A DNA stretch of 64,000 nt, taken from Nemertoderma westbladi. Taxonomy: Eukaryota; Animalia; Xenacoelomorpha. The notes beneath the pieces were generated by a model, which was given only the letters and a program-made list of their open reading frames with translations, was not told the DNA's origin and made no database searches. Position numbers and translations under genes: made by a program. This document shows positions 37,534 to 52,881 of this stretch, in pieces. Position 1 is the stretch's first letter, and every line of letters starts with the position of its first letter. Where the stretch lies: NCBI GenBank assembly GCA_032718475.1, contig JAUCBJ010008699.1, positions 3,448-67,447 on the forward strand, written 5' to 3'.

Positions 37534-39257
37534 TATAGGAGGTACGTTGTTTAGGATGTATTAACATTTATTGATTAGACTTTTATTAAGATTTATTAAC
37601 ATTTATTTTGGAATATATTAGTTATGATTATAATTTGTAGGAATCAATAATCCTTATCCAACTCAAAACATTAAAGGATTTATGGGAGTTTTGAGTTATA
37701 ATTAGTTATTATTATTATTAAATATTACCATTTTTTTGTTCGACATATTTTTATCTATCCAGCTATAAAACTTGTTATATTCAATTCGAGTTAATAGGAA
37801 AGCCGTTATTGCGAACCGGGGCCACTAATTTTAAGCGAAATTATTTGTTATTAATATTTAGAAATTTTACTATAATTCGTCGCTGTCCATCTCAAACTCG
37901 AGTATTTTCTATAATAAATTTATTATAAATATTACACTAGTTTCTATATAAGCTAGGAGTCTGTAATATTTACTATTATTATTATTATAGTTTGTCTCTT
38001 GTTTTATATTCTTGGTGAGTGGCTTCTTGTTTACATAAACATCAATATATTAAACCAAATAAATATTTGTTTTATGTTATATAATATTATACTATTTTTC
38101 TACCTCTACCCAATATTTTCACTTCATCCAACTGCAATAGAAATCAAAATTAATCTGTCACGTGTAACTTTAGTTTATTGTTTTGGTTAGAATAAGGTGC
38201 CACTGTTATTGGAAAGTACATTAAAAAGTATATAAGACAATCACCAAACTTACTTCATAAGAAAAATTACAAATCGAAATGATATATTGGCCTTCTATCT
38301 ACATAAACTGAAAGTAAATGGGCCGTACGGCGTTACGTAATCACAAAAAGCGACCTGATTACGATGCCATTTTATATGAAATCCCTTTAATAAGTAACTT
38401 CCCAAAAAAGTTATTAAGATTTTTTTACATATTAATAATCCTGAATAATGTAGCTTTCAAATGAACTATAAATTATAAAGTGCCGTGTACGAGATCGAGA
38501 GTTACATTTGTTTTAATACACAAAATCAACTAAATTACTCATCAATCGATTTTTTGCAAATTAAATATTCTAGCTCGCCAGTTAGTAGCCAATGAGAGTC
38601 CAGGATTCCCATTAACAATGATTGTTTAAGGCCGCCGCCAGGTTAATGCTTGTAGTATGGAGTGTAGCGCTATAGAGGAGAATTAATCTTATTGAGTTGA
38701 ATCGGCAAAGTTCAATTACATTATAATTCGCTTAGGATATTTTTTGTTGTTCTGGATTGCGGTTTTTAATATAACTATTTAAAGTTGATGCAATAAAGAC
38801 TTTCTGCCGCTATATTTCACTTTGCAGTTACCCCCATGTGAAGAATACCAGGTTTTCACCAAAAACACAGGTTACAAAAGGATAACTTTTCTCTGAGAGT
38901 TTGAAAACTGGGCTGTGATATTTTATTTTAATAGAAAATCGAATTTTATATAAATAAATATAATTCAAACTCAACATTCTCTTGCCCTGGAAGTCTGTAA
39001 ATCTGGGCGTCCAGTAAACGTGTAGTCTGCCTATTTGTCTGTTCCAAAGTCTTCCCGGGCGTCCGGGTGTCCGGACGCCTGGGCACTATAATGCCCGGAC
39101 ATCCTAAAATCCTTCAAATTGTCCGGATTTCCGAGCAAATTTCTCCAACAAGTATAACAAGTACAAATACAAGTATAAGTTATAGTACTAGTACTAGTAC
39201 AATTACAAGTACAAGTACAATTCCAAGTACAATTACAAGTACAAGTACATGTACATG

Positions 39258-41240
39258 TACATGTCAAAATGTCAATTCAAAAGTGACATTTTGGCAAAAT
39301 GACATGGCAAAATGTCAACTTGAAAATGACATTTTGGCAAAATTACATGTCAAGATGTCAATTCGAAAGTGACATTTTGGCAAATGACATGTTAAAATGT
39401 CAATTTGAAAGTGACATTTTGGCAAATTGACATGTAAAAATGTCAATTTGAAAGTGACATTTTGACAAAATGACATGTCAAACTGTCAATTCGAAAGTGA
39501 CATTTTGGCAAAATGACATGTCAAAATTTCAATTCGAAAGTGACATTTTGGCAAAATGACATGTCAAAATGTCAATTCGAAAGTGACATTTTGGCAAATG
39601 ACATGTCAAAATGTCAATTTGAAAGTGACATTTTGTCAAAATGACATGTCATAATGTCAATTCGAAACTGACATTTTGGCAAAATGACATGTCACAATGT
39701 CAATTCGAAAGTGACATTTTGGCAAAATGACATGTCAAAATGTCAATTCGAAGTGACATTTTGGCAAAATGACATGTCAAACTGTCAATTTGAAAGTGAC
39801 ATATTGACACATTGACATTTTGGCAAAAATGACATGTCAAAATGTCAATTCGAAAGTGACATTTTGGCAAATGACATGTCAAAATGTCAATTTGAAAGTG
39901 ACATTTTGTTAAAATGACATGTCACAATGTCAATTCGAAAGTGACATTTTGGCAAAATGACATGTCAAAATGTCAATTCAAAGTGACATTTTGGCAAAAT
40001 GACATGTCAAACTGTCAATTTGAAAGTGACATATTGACACATTGACATTTTGGCAAAATGACATGTCAAAATGTCAATTCGAAAGTGACATTTTGGCAAA
40101 TGACATGTCAATTTGAAAGTGACATTTTGTCAAAATGACATGTCAAAATGTCAATTTGAAAGTGACATTTTGACAAAATGACATGTCAAACTGTCAATTC
40201 GAAAGTGACATTTTGGCAAAATGACATGTCAAAATGTCAATTCGAAAGTGACATTTTGGCAAATGACATGTCAAAATGTCAATTTGAAAGTGACATTTTG
40301 TCAAAATGACATGTCACAATGTCAATTCAAAAGTGACATTTTGGCAAATGACATGTTAAAATGTCAATTTGAAAGTGACATTTTGGCAAAATGACATGTA
40401 AAAATGTCAATTTGAAAGTGACATTTTGACAAAATGACATGTCAAACTGTCAATTCGAAAGTGACATTTTGGCAAATGACTGTAAAAATGTCAATTCGAA
40501 AGTGACATTTTGGCAAAATGACATGTAAAAATGTCAATTTGAAAGTGACATATTGACAAAATGACATGTCAAACTGTCAATTCGAAAGTGACATTTTGGC
40601 AAAATGACATGTCAAACTGTCAATTTGAAAGTGACATATTGACACATATTGACATTTTGGCAAAATAACATGTCAAAATGTCAATTCGAAAGTGACATTT
40701 TAGCAAATCACATGTCAAAATGTCAATTTGAAAGTGACATTTTGACAAAATGACATGTCAAAATGTCAATTTGAAAGCGACATTTTGACAAAATGACATG
40801 TCAAAATGTAAATTTGAAAGTGACATTTTGGCAAAATGACATGTCAATATGTCAACTTGAAAGTGACATTTTCACAAAATGACATGTCAAACTGTCAATT
40901 TGAAAGTGACATATTGACACATATTGACATTTTGGCAAAATAACATGTCAAAATGTCAATTCGAAAGTGACATTTTAGCAAATGACATGTCAAAATGTCA
41001 ATTTGAAAGTGACATTTTGACAAAATGACATGTCAAAATGTCAATTTGAAAGCGACATTTTGGCAAAATGACATGTCAAAATGTCAATTTGAAAGTGACA
41101 TTTTGGCAAAATGACATGTCAAAATGTAACTTGAAAGTGACATTTTGACAAAATGACATGTCAAACTATCAATATGAAAGTGTCATATTGACACATTGAC
41201 TTTTTGGCAAAATGACATGTCAAAATGTCATTTTGACAAA
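39258..41240. repeat. 43-bp palindrome-rich satellite, unit 1
   Basis: GTGACATTTTGGCAAAATGACATGTCAAAATGTCAATTCGAAA in tandem; preceded by an (AAGTAC)n-like tract at ~39150-39260. Confidence 0.95.
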
Positions 41241-43057
41241 CATAGCATAGCATAACATAGCATATCATAGCTTAACATAGCACAGCATAGCACAGCATAG
41301 CATAGCATAGCATAGCATAGCATAGCATAGCATAGCATAGCATAGCATAGCATAGTATAGCATAGCATAGCATAGCATAGCATAGCATAGCATAGCATAG
41401 CATCGCATAGCATATCATAGCATAGCATAACCCATAACATAGCATAGCATAGCATAGCATAGCATGGCATAGCATAGCATAGCATAGCATAGCATAACAT
41501 AACATGATAGCATAGTATAACATAGCATAGCATAGCATAGCATAGCATAGCATAGCATAGCATAGCATAGCATAGCATTACATAGCATAGCATAGCATAG
41601 CATAGCATAACATAGCTTCGCATAGCATATCATAGCATAGCATAGCATAGCATAGCATAGCATAGCATAGCATAGCATAGCATAACATAGCGTAGCATAG
41701 CACAACATAATATATGATAGCATAGCATAACATAGCATAGCATAACGTGACATATAGCATAACATATAACATAGCATATAACATATAGCATAGCATATAG
41801 CATAGCATATAGCATTGCATATAGTATCGCATATAGCATAGCATATAGCATAGCATGTGACAAAATGATTGATATTGATAATTAATTGATAATATAGCAT
41901 ATAGCATAGCATATATCATATAGCATAGCATAACATATAGCATAGCATATAGCATAACATGGCATATAGCATAACATATAACATATAGCATATGACATAT
42001 AGCATATAGCATAGCATGTAGCATAACGTGGCATATATCATAACATAGAACATATAGCATATAGCATATCATATAGCATATCATATAGCATACCATATAG
42101 CATATCATATAGCATATAGCATAGCATATAGCATAAAGTATAGCATATAGCATAGCATATATCATAGCATATAGCATAGCATATATCATAGCATATAGCA
42201 TAGCATATATCATAGCATATAGCATAGCATATAGCATATAGCATAGCATGTACTATAGCATATAACACAACATGGCATATAGTATAACATATAACAAATA
42301 GCATATGACATATAACATATAGCATAGCATATAGCATAACGTGGCATATAGCATAACATAGAACATATAGCATATAGCATATCATATAGCATACCATATA
42401 GCATATAGCATAATATGGCATATAGCATAACATGTAACATATAGCATAACATATAATATATAACATATAACATATAGCATAGCATGTAGCACAGCATATA
42501 GCATAGCATATAGCACAGCATATAGCATAGCATATAGCATAGCATATAGCATAGCATGTACTATAGCATAATATATAGCATATGACATATAGCTTAAAAC
42601 ATATAGCATATATCATAGCATATATCATATAGAATAGCATATAGCACAGCATATAGCATAGCATGTACTATAGCATAACATATAACATATAGCATATAGC
42701 ATAGCATATAGTATAGAATATAGCATAGCATATAGCATAGCATGTGCTATAGCATAACATATAACATATAGCATATAGTATAGCATATAGCATATAGTAT
42801 AGCATATAGCATAGCATATGACAAAATGATTGATATTGATAATTAATTGATAATATAGCATATAGCATATAAAATATAACATATAGCATATAACATATAG
42901 CATAGCATATAGCATAGCATATAGCATAGCATGTACTATAGCATAACATATAACATATCGCTTATAGCATATCGCATATAGCATAGCATATACCATACCA
43001 TATAGCATATCGCAGAGAATGTACTATAGCATATAACATGAAATATAGCATATAACA
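41241..43057. repeat. (GCATA)n / (GCATATA)n compound microsatellite, unit 1
   Basis: Pure pentamer runs grading into mixed 5/7-mers; source of the spurious MLCYA ORFs. Confidence 0.95.
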
Positions 43058-43059
43058 TT

Positions 43060-43360
43060 AAGTGTACTGCATCGTTATGAAGTGCACTACTAACACCTTT
43101 ATGAAGTGCACTACACCTTTATGAAGTGCACTGCGCCGTTATAAAGTACACTGCACCGTTATGAAGTGCACTCGTTATTAAGTGCACTGCGCCGTTATGT
43201 AGGGCATTCGTTATTAAGTACACTGCACCGTTATGAAGTGCACTCGTTATTAAGTGCACTGCGCTGTTATGTAGGGCATTCGTTATTAAGTACACTGCGC
43301 CGTTATGTAGGGCATTCGTTATTAAGAGCACTGCACCGTTATGTAGTGCACTCGTTATTA
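43060..43360. repeat. 36-bp minisatellite, unit 1
   Basis: GCACTGCGCCGTTATGTAGGGCATTCGTTATTAAGT repeats; 12-aa periodicity in the ORF track. Confidence 0.85.
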
Positions 43361-43410
43361 ATTGAAATTCTCGTAAGAACACCTTTCATTTAAATTTGAT
43401 TGTCATTTCA

Positions 43411-43702
43411 AAAGCCCTTCCCAAAATTAGCCATAATTTACTGAAATAACTTGTCATTTAAATTTATTTGCCCGGGTTAATCAACTTAAAATCAGACAAA
43501 TATTCAACTGTATTAAATAATAAATTGCCAACACAAAAGCCCTTCCGTTAATTAGCCATAATTTATCGAAATAACTTGTCATTTAAATTTATTTGCCCGG
43601 GTTAATCAACTTAAAATCAGACAAATATTCAACTGTATTAAATAATAAATTGCCAACACAAAAGCCCTTCCCAAAATTAGCCATAATTTATCGAAATAAC
43701 TT
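43411..43702. repeat. 125-bp tandem repeat (~2.3 copies), unit 1
   Basis: CCCGGGTTAATCAAC at 43471 and 43596. Confidence 0.85.
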
Positions 43703-44610
43703 CCGATTTTTTTCAAAAATCACCATCGATTTTCATTTTCGCGCCTTCTAACCGACACCACGAGATAGAGCATAAAAAATATATTTTAAGGAAATGATCC
43801 CCAAAAACAGTTAGAATCGCCTGGCGACACCGCTAACACCTCCTCACCCCTCTATAGTGCATTTCAAGTGTAATTATTTATTGATGGGGAAAATATTTAC
43901 AAGAGAATTAATTTACAGGCAATATTGAGCTGAGCTGCCTGCATTGTATGTGTTGTAGGAGGCGCCAGCCGGGCTGGACGGCTGGGATACAATGTGCTGT
44001 GCTTCAGCATTGTGTGGACGGGTTGGTTTGGTTCACTCAAGGTAAATAATTTCATATTCTAGAACATATTACCATGGAAACTAACCAACCAAGGCCAAGG
44101 CCTCAGCCACCCACGTCAAGCAACATATTATTATTATACATTAACGTATACATTGCCTTTGCTTGAACAACCAATAATTGTTATACCGTCTTATTATTGG
44201 ATAGCGCGGCTTCACACAAAGACACAAGGTCAATGGCCAGACATTTGTTCGCTTTGTATTACAGACACCAACACCAATATATAATAAGCGCTGCTTCCTC
44301 AGTAGCTGAATATATTATAAGTTACGTTTAACAAAGTTTCTTATTTAAAATAGCTTTGGTTTAAAGTTTAATTACAATTGATTATTTAGAGGTTAGATTT
44401 ACTGTTTATTCACAACATTACCAGCAAACCGTTCGCAATGAATTATTTATTAAAGTGTTGGGACGTCTGGCTTGCAATTATTGTTACAACAGGTAATTAT
44501 TCATTCCTACATTATATGTGTTTGTTTATTATAAAATAATGTGTTTGTGTTTAATGATATTTAATTATATTAGATTTTTAATTAATTGTTTTCTCCAGGT
44601 TGAAATTGGG

Positions 44611-44659
44611 ACGCTGCTGTCCCGGTTCGATCTTATATTCCTGATGCTGGACCCCCAAG
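44611..44659 (+). pseudogene. MCM4 exon-3 fragment ([16 protein letters not shown]) at the start of tandem unit 2
   Basis: Matches 22358..22406, then jumps to sequence homologous to ~37590. Confidence 0.85.
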
Positions 44660-46338
44660 TCATTTATTTATTAACATTTATTTTGGAATATATTAGTTAT
44701 GATTATAATTTGTAGGAATCAATAATCCTTATCCAACTCAAAACATTAAAGGATTTATGGGAGTTTTGAGTTATAATTAGTTATTATTATTATTAAATAT
44801 TACCATTTTTTTGTTCGACATATTTTTATCTATCCAGCTATAAAACTTGTTATATTCAATTGGAGTTAATAGGAAAGCCGTTATTGCGAACCGGGGCCAC
44901 TAATTTTAAGCGAAATTATTTGTTATTAATATTTAGAAATTTTACTATAATTCGTCGCTGTCCGTCTCAAACTCGAGTATTTTCTATAATAAATTTATTA
45001 TAAATATTAAACTAGTTTCTATATAAGCTAGGAGTCTGTAATATTTACTATTATTATTATTATAGTTTGTCTCTTGTTTTATATTCTTGGTGAGTGGCTT
45101 CTTGTTTACATAAACATCAATATATTAAACCAAATAAATATGTTTTATGTTATATAATATTATACTATTTTTCTACCTCTACCCAATATTTTCACTTCAT
45201 CCAACTGCAATAGAAATCAAAATTAATCTGTCACGTGTAACTTTAGTTTATTGTTTTGGTTAGAATAAGGTGCCACTGTTATTGGAAAGTACATTAAAAA
45301 GTATATAAGACAATCACCAAACTTACTTCATAAGAAAAATTACAAATCGAAATGATATATTGGCCTTCTATCTACATAAACTGAAAGTAAATGGGCCGTA
45401 CGGCGTTATGTAATCACAAAAAGCGACCTGATTACGATGCCATTTTATATGAAATCCCTTTAATAAGTAACTTCCCAAAAAAGTTATTAAGATTTTTTTA
45501 CATATTAATAATCCTGAATAATGTAGCTTTCAAATGAACTATAAATTATAAAGTGCCGTGTACGAGATCGAGAGTTACATTTGTTTTAATACACAAAATC
45601 AACTAAATTACTCATCAATTGATTTTTTGCAAATTAAATATTCTAGCTCGCCAGTCAGTAGCCAATGAGAGTCCAGGATTCCCATTAACAATGATTGTTT
45701 AAGGCCGCCGCCAGGTTAATGCTTGTAGTATGGAGTGTAGCGCTATAGAGGAGAATTAATCTTATTGAGTTGAATCGGCAAAGTTCAATTACATTATAAT
45801 TCGCTTAGGATATTTTGTTGTTCTGGATTGCGGTTTTTAATATAACTATTTAAAGTTGATGCAATAAAGACTTTCTGCCGCTCTATTTCACTTTGCAGTT
45901 ACCCCCATGTGAAGAATACCAGGTTTTCACCAAAAACACAGGTTACAAAAAGGATAACTTTTCTCTGAGAGTTTGAAAACTGGGCTGTGATATTTTATTT
46001 TAATAGAAAATCGAATTTTATATAAATAAATATAATTCAAACTCAACATTATCTTGCCCTGGAAGTCTGTAAATCTGGGCGTCCAGTAAACGTGTCTGTC
46101 TGCCTATTTGTCTGTTCCAAAGTCTTCCCGGGCGTCCGGATGTCCGGACGCCTGGGCACTATAATGCCCGGACATCCTAAAATCCTTCAAATTGTCCGGA
46201 TTTCCGAGCAAATTTGTCCAACAAGTATAACAAGTACAAATACAAGTATAAGTTATAGTACTAGTACTAGTACAATTACAAGTACAAGTACAATTCCAAG
46301 TACAATTACAAGTACAAGTACAAGTACATGTACATGTA

Positions 46339-49300
46339 CATGTCAAAATGTCAATTCGAAAGTGACATTTTGGCAAAATGACATGGCAAAATGTCAACTT
46401 GAAAATGACATTTTTGCAAAATGACATGTCAAAATGTCAATTCGAAAGTGATATTTGGGCAAATGACATGTTAAAATGTCAATTTGAAAGTGACATTTTG
46501 GCAAAATGACATGTAAAAATGTCAATTTGAAAGTGACATTTTGACAAAATGACATGTCAAACTGTCAATTCGAAAGTGACATTTTGGCAAAATGACATGT
46601 CAAAATGTCAATTCGAAAGTGACATTTTGGCAAAATGACATGGCAAAATGTCAACTTGAAAATGACATTTTGGCAAAATGACATGTCAAAATGTCAATTC
46701 GAAAGTGACATTTTGGCAAAAGGACATGTCAAAATGTCAATTTGAAAGTGACATATTGACACATTGACATTTTGGCAAAATGACATGTCAAAATGTCAAT
46801 TCGAAAGTGACATTTTGGCAAATAACATGTCAAAATGTCAATTTGAAAGTGACATTTTGTCAAAATGACATGTCACAATGTCAATTCGAAAGTGACATTT
46901 TGGCAAAATGACATGTCAAAATGTCAATTCGAAGTGACATTTTGGCAAAATGACATGTCAAACTGTCAATTTGAAAGTGACATATTGACACATTGACATT
47001 TTGGCAAAATGACATGTCAAAATGTCAATTCGAAAGTGACATTTTGGCAAATGACATGTCAAAATGTCAATTTGAAAGTGACATTTTGTCAAAATGACAT
47101 GTCATAATGTCAATTCGAAAGTGACATTTTGACAAAATGACATGTCACAATGTCAATTCGAAAGTGACATTTTGGCAAAATGACATGTCAAAATGTCAAT
47201 TCGAAGTGACATTTTGGCAAAATGACATGTCAATCTGTCAATTTGAAAGTGACATATTGACACATTGACATTTTGGCAAAATGATATGTCAAAATGTCAA
47301 TTCGAAAGTGACATTTTGGCAAATGACATGTCAAAATGTCAATTTGAAAGTGACATTTTGTCAAAATGACATGTCACAATGTCAATTCGAAAGTGACATT
47401 TTGGCAAAATGACATGTCAAAATGTCAATTCGAAGTGACATTTTGGCAAAATGACATGTCAAACTGTCAATTTGAAAGTGACATATTGACACATTGACAT
47501 TTTGGCAAAATGACATGTCAAAATGTCAATTCGAAAGTGACATTTTGGCAGATGACATGTCAAAATGTCAATTTGAAAGTGACATTTTGTCAAAATGACA
47601 TGTCACAATGTCTATTCGAAAGTGACATTTTGGCAAAATGACATGTCAAAATGTCAATTCGAAGTGACATTTTGGCAAAATGACATGTCAAACTGTCAAT
47701 TTGAAAGTGACATATTGACACATTGACATTTTGGCAAAATGACATGTCAAAATGTCAATTCGAAAGTGACATTTTGGCAAATGACATGTCAAAATGTCAA
47801 TTTGAAAGTGACATTTTGTCAAAATGACATGTCATAATGTCAATTCGAAAGTGACATTTTGGCAAAATGACATGTCAAAATGTCAATTTGAAAGTGACAT
47901 TTTGGCAAAATGACATGTCAAAATGTCAATTCAAAGTGACATTTTGCCAAAATGACATGTCAAAATGTCAATTCGAAGTGACATTTTGGCAAAATGACAT
48001 GTCAAACTGTCAACTTGAAAGTGACATATTGACACATTGACATTTTGGCAAAATGACATGTCAAAATGTCAATTCGAAAGTGACATTTTGGCAAATGACA
48101 TGTCAAAATGTCAATTTGAAAGTGACATTTTGTCAAAATGACATCTCAAAATGTCAATTTGAAAGTGACATTTTGACAAAATGACATGTCAAACTGTCAA
48201 TTCGAAAGTGACATTTTGGCAAAATGACATGTCAAAATGTCAATTTGAAAGTGACATTTTGGCAAAAGGACATGTCAGAATGTCAATTTGAAAGTGACAT
48301 ATTGACACATTGACATTTTGGCAAAATGACATGTCAAAATGTCAATTCGAAAGTGACATTTTGGCAAATAACATGTCAAAATGTCAATTTGAAAGTGACA
48401 TTTTGTCAAAATGACATGTCACAATGTCAATTCGAAAGTGACATTTTGGCAAAATGACATGTCAAAATGTCAATTCGAAGTGACATTTTGGCAAAATGAC
48501 ATGTCAAACTGTCAATTTGAAAGTGACATATTGACACATTGACATTTTGGCAAAATGACATGTCAAAATGTCAATTCGAAAGTGACATTTTGGCAAATGA
48601 CATGTCAAAATGTCAATTTGAAAGTGACATTTTGTCAAAATGACATGTCATAATGTCAATTCGAAAGTGACATTTTGGCAAAATGACATGTCAAAATGTC
48701 AATTTGAAAGTGACATTTTGGCAAAATGACATGTCAAAATGTCAATTCAAAGTGACATTTTGACAAAATGACATGTCAAACTGTCAATTTGAAAGTGTCA
48801 TATTGACACATTGACTTTTTGGCAAAATGACATGTCAAAATGTCAATTCGAAAGTGACATTTTGGCAAATGACATGTCAAAATGTCAATTTGAAAGTGAC
48901 ATTTTGTCAAAATGACATGTCATAATGTCAATTCGAAAGTGACATTTTGGCAAAATGACATGTCAAAATGTCAATTTGAAAGTGACATTTTGGCAAAATG
49001 ACATGTCAAAATGTCAATTCAAAGTGACATTTTGCCAAAATGACATGTCAAAATGTCAATTCGAAGTGACATTTTGGCAAAATGACATGTCAAACTGTCA
49101 ACTTGAAAGTGACATATTGACACATTGACATTTTGGCAAAATGACATGTCAAAATGTCAATTCGAAAGTGACATTTTGGCAAATGACATGTCAAAATGTC
49201 AATTTGAAAGTGACATTTTGTCAAAATGACATGTCATAATGTCAATTCGAAAGTGACATTTTGGCAAAATGACATGTCAAAATGTCAATTTGAAAGTGAC

Positions 49301-50218
49301 ATTTTGGCAAAATGACATGTCAAAATGTCAATTCAAAGTGACATTTTGCCAAAATGACATGTCAAAATGTCAATTCGAAGTGACATTTTGGCAAAATGAC
49401 ATGTCAAACTGTCAACTTGAAAGTGACATATTGACACATTGACATTTTGGCAAAATGACATGTCAAAATGTCAATTCGAAAGTGACATTTTGGCAAATGA
49501 CATGTCAAAATGTCAATTTGAAAGTGACATTTTGTCAAAATGACATCTCAAAATGTCAATTTGAAAGTGACATTTTGACAAAATGACATGTCAAACTGTC
49601 AATTCGAAAGTGACATTTTGGCAAAATGACATGTCAAAATGTCAATTCGAAAGTGACATTTTGACAAAATGACATGTCAAACTGTCAATTTGAAAGTGAC
49701 ATATTGACACATATTGACATTTTGGCAAAATAACATGTCAAAATGTCAATTCGAAAGTGACATTTTAGCAAATGACATGTCAAAATGTCAATTTGAAAGT
49801 GACATTTTGACAAAATGACATGTCAAAATGTCAATTTGAAAGTGACATTTTGGCAAAATGACATGTCAAAATGTCAATTTGAAAGTGACATTTTGGCAAA
49901 ATGACATGTCAAACTGTCAATTCGAAAGTGACATTTTGGCAAAATGACATGTCAAAATGTCAATTCGAAAGTGACATTTTGACAAAATGACATGTCAAAC
50001 TGTCAATTTGAAAGTGACATATTGACACATATTGACATTTTGGCAAAATAACATGTCAAAATGTCAATTCGAAAGTGACATTTTAGCAAATGACATGTCA
50101 AAATGTCAATTTGAAAGTGACATTTTGGCAAAATGACATGTCAAAATGTCAATTTGAAAGTGACATTTTGGCAAAATGACATGTCAAAATGTCAACTTGA
50201 AAGTGACATTTTGACAAA
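46339..50218. repeat. 43-bp satellite, unit 2 (~3.9 kb)
   Basis: Same monomer as 39258..41240. Confidence 0.95.
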
Positions 50219-51885
50219 GCATAGCATAGCATAACATAGCATATCATAGCTTAACATAGTACAGCATAGCATAGCATAGCATAGCATAGCATAGCATAGC
50301 ATAGCATAGCATAGCATAGCATAGCATAGCATAGCATAGCATAGCATAGCATAGCATAGCATAGCATAGCATAGCATAGCATAGCATATCATAGCATAGC
50401 ATAGCATAGCATAGCATAGCATAGCATAGCATAGCATAGCATAGCATAGCATAGCATAGCATAGCATCGCATAGCCTAGCATATCATAGCATAGCATAAC
50501 CCATAACATAGCATAGCATAGCATAGCATAGCATAGCATAGCATAGCATAGCATAGCATAGCATAGCATAGCATAGCATAGCATAGCATAGCATAGCATA
50601 ACATAGCTTCGCAAAGCATATCATAGCATAGCATAGCATTGCATAGCATAGCATAGCATAACATAGCATAGCATAACGTGGCATATAGCATAACATATAA
50701 CATAGCATATAACATATAGCATAGCATATAGCATAGCATATAGCATCGCATATAGTATCGCATATAGCATAGCATGTGACAAAATGATTGATATTGATAA
50801 TTAATTGATAATATATCATATAGCATAGCATATATCATATAGCATATAGCATAGCATAACATATAGCATATAGCATAGCATATAGCATAACGTGGCATAT
50901 AGCATAACATAGAACATATAGCATATAGCATATCATATAGCATATCATATAGCATAGCATATAGCATAAAGTATAGCATATAGCATAGCATATATCATAG
51001 CATATAGCATAGCATATATCATAGCATACAGCATAGCATATATCATAGCATATAGCATAGCATATAGCATAGCATGTACTATAGCATATAACAACATGGC
51101 ATATAGCATAACATATAACATATAGCATCTGACATATAACATATAGCATAGCATATAGCATAACGTGGCATATAGCATAACATAGAACATATAGCATATA
51201 GCATATCATATAGCATGCCATATAGTATATAGCATAGCATGTGCTATAGCATATAGCATAATATGGCATATAGCATAAAATGTAACATATAGCATAACAT
51301 ATAATATATAGCATATAACATATAACATATAGCATAGCATGTAGCACAGCATATAGCATAGCATATAGCACAGCATATAGCATAGCATATAGCATAGCAT
51401 ATAGCATAGCATGTACTATAGCATAATATATAGCATATGACATATAGCTTAAAACATATAGCATAGCATATAGTATAGAATATAGCATAGCATATAGCAT
51501 AGCATGTACTATAGCGTAACATATAACATATAGCATATAGCATATAGTATAGCATATAGCATATAGTATAGCATATAGCATATAGTATAGCATATAGCAT
51601 AGCATATGACAAAATAATTGATATTGATAATTAATTGATAATATAGCATATAGCATATAAAATATAACATATAGCATATAACATATCGCATGACATATAA
51701 CATATAGCATACAGCATAGCATATAGTATAGCATATAGCATATCATATAGCATAGCATGTATTATAGCATAACATATAACATATCGCTTATAGCATATCG
51801 CATATAGCATAGCATATACCATACCATATAGCATATCGCAGAGAATGTACTATAGCATATAACATGAAATATAGCATATAACATT
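50219..51885. repeat. (GCATA)n compound microsatellite, unit 2
   Basis: Direct inspection. Confidence 0.95.
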
Positions 51886-52881
51886 AAGTGCACTACTAAC
51901 ACCTTTATGAAGTGCACTACACCTTTATGAAATGCACTGCGCCGTTATAAAGTACACTGCACCGTTATGAAGTGCACTCGTTATTAAGTGCACTGCGCCG
52001 TTATGTAGGGCATTCGTTATTAAGTACACTGCGCCGTTATGTAGGGCACTCGTTATTAAGTGCACTGCACCGTTATTTAGTGCACTTGTTATTAAGAGCA
52101 ATGCACCGTTATGTAGTGCACTCGTTATTAATTGAAATTCTCGTAAGAACACCTTTCATTTAAATTTGATTGTCATTTCAAAAGCCCTTCCCAAAATTAG
52201 CCATAATTTTGCGAAATAACTTGTCATTTAAATTTATTTGCCCGGGTTAATCAACTTAAAATCAGACAAATATTCAACTGTATTAAATAATAAATTGCCA
52301 ACACAAAAGCCCTTCCGTTAATTAGCCATAATTTATCGAAATAACTTGTCATTTAAATTTATTTGCCCGGGTTAATCAACTGTCATTTAAATTTATTTGC
52401 CCGGGTTAATCAACTTAAAATCAGACAAATATTCAACTGTATTAAATAATAAATTGCCAACACAAAAGCCCTTCCGTTAATTAGCCATAATTTATCGAAA
52501 TAACTTGTCATTTAAATTTATTTGCCCGGGTTAATCAACTTAAAATCAGACAAATATTCAACTGTATTAAATAATAAATTGCCAACACAAAAGCCCTTCC
52601 GTTAATTAGCCATAATTTATCGAAATAACTTGTCATTTAAATTTATTTGCCCGGGTTAATCAACTTAAAATCAGACAAATATTCAACTGTATTAAATAAT
52701 AAATTGCCAACACAAAAGCCCTTCCGTTAATTAGCCATAATTTATCGAAATAACTTGTCATTTAAATTTATTTGCCCGGGTTAATCAACTTAAAATCAGA
52801 CAAATATTCAACTGTATTAAATAATAAATTGCCAACACAAAAGCCCTTCCGTTAATTAGCCATAATTTATCGAAATAACTT
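51886..52881. repeat. 36-bp minisatellite and 125-bp tandem repeat (~5.5 copies), unit 2
   Basis: Same monomers as in unit 1. Confidence 0.85.

Noticed and set aside
39031-39882. TCTCTC/TSTST and CHFRIDILT ORFs, also at 46092 and 56483
   Set aside because: Products of the 6-bp and 43-bp tandem repeats.
41228-43008. MLCYA-repeat ORFs, also at 50192-51834 and 60583-62265
   Set aside because: Translations of the (GCATA)n microsatellite that are open in several frames; not genes.
43119-43393. LITNALHNGAV repeat ORF resembling a repeat protein
   Set aside because: Translation of the 36-bp minisatellite; no gene context.
38668-43859. Transib/Chapaev-like TIRs (CGCTATAGAGG / CCTCTATAGTG) bounding the satellite cassette
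   Set aside because: Match is only ~11 bp with a mismatch and no target-site duplication.
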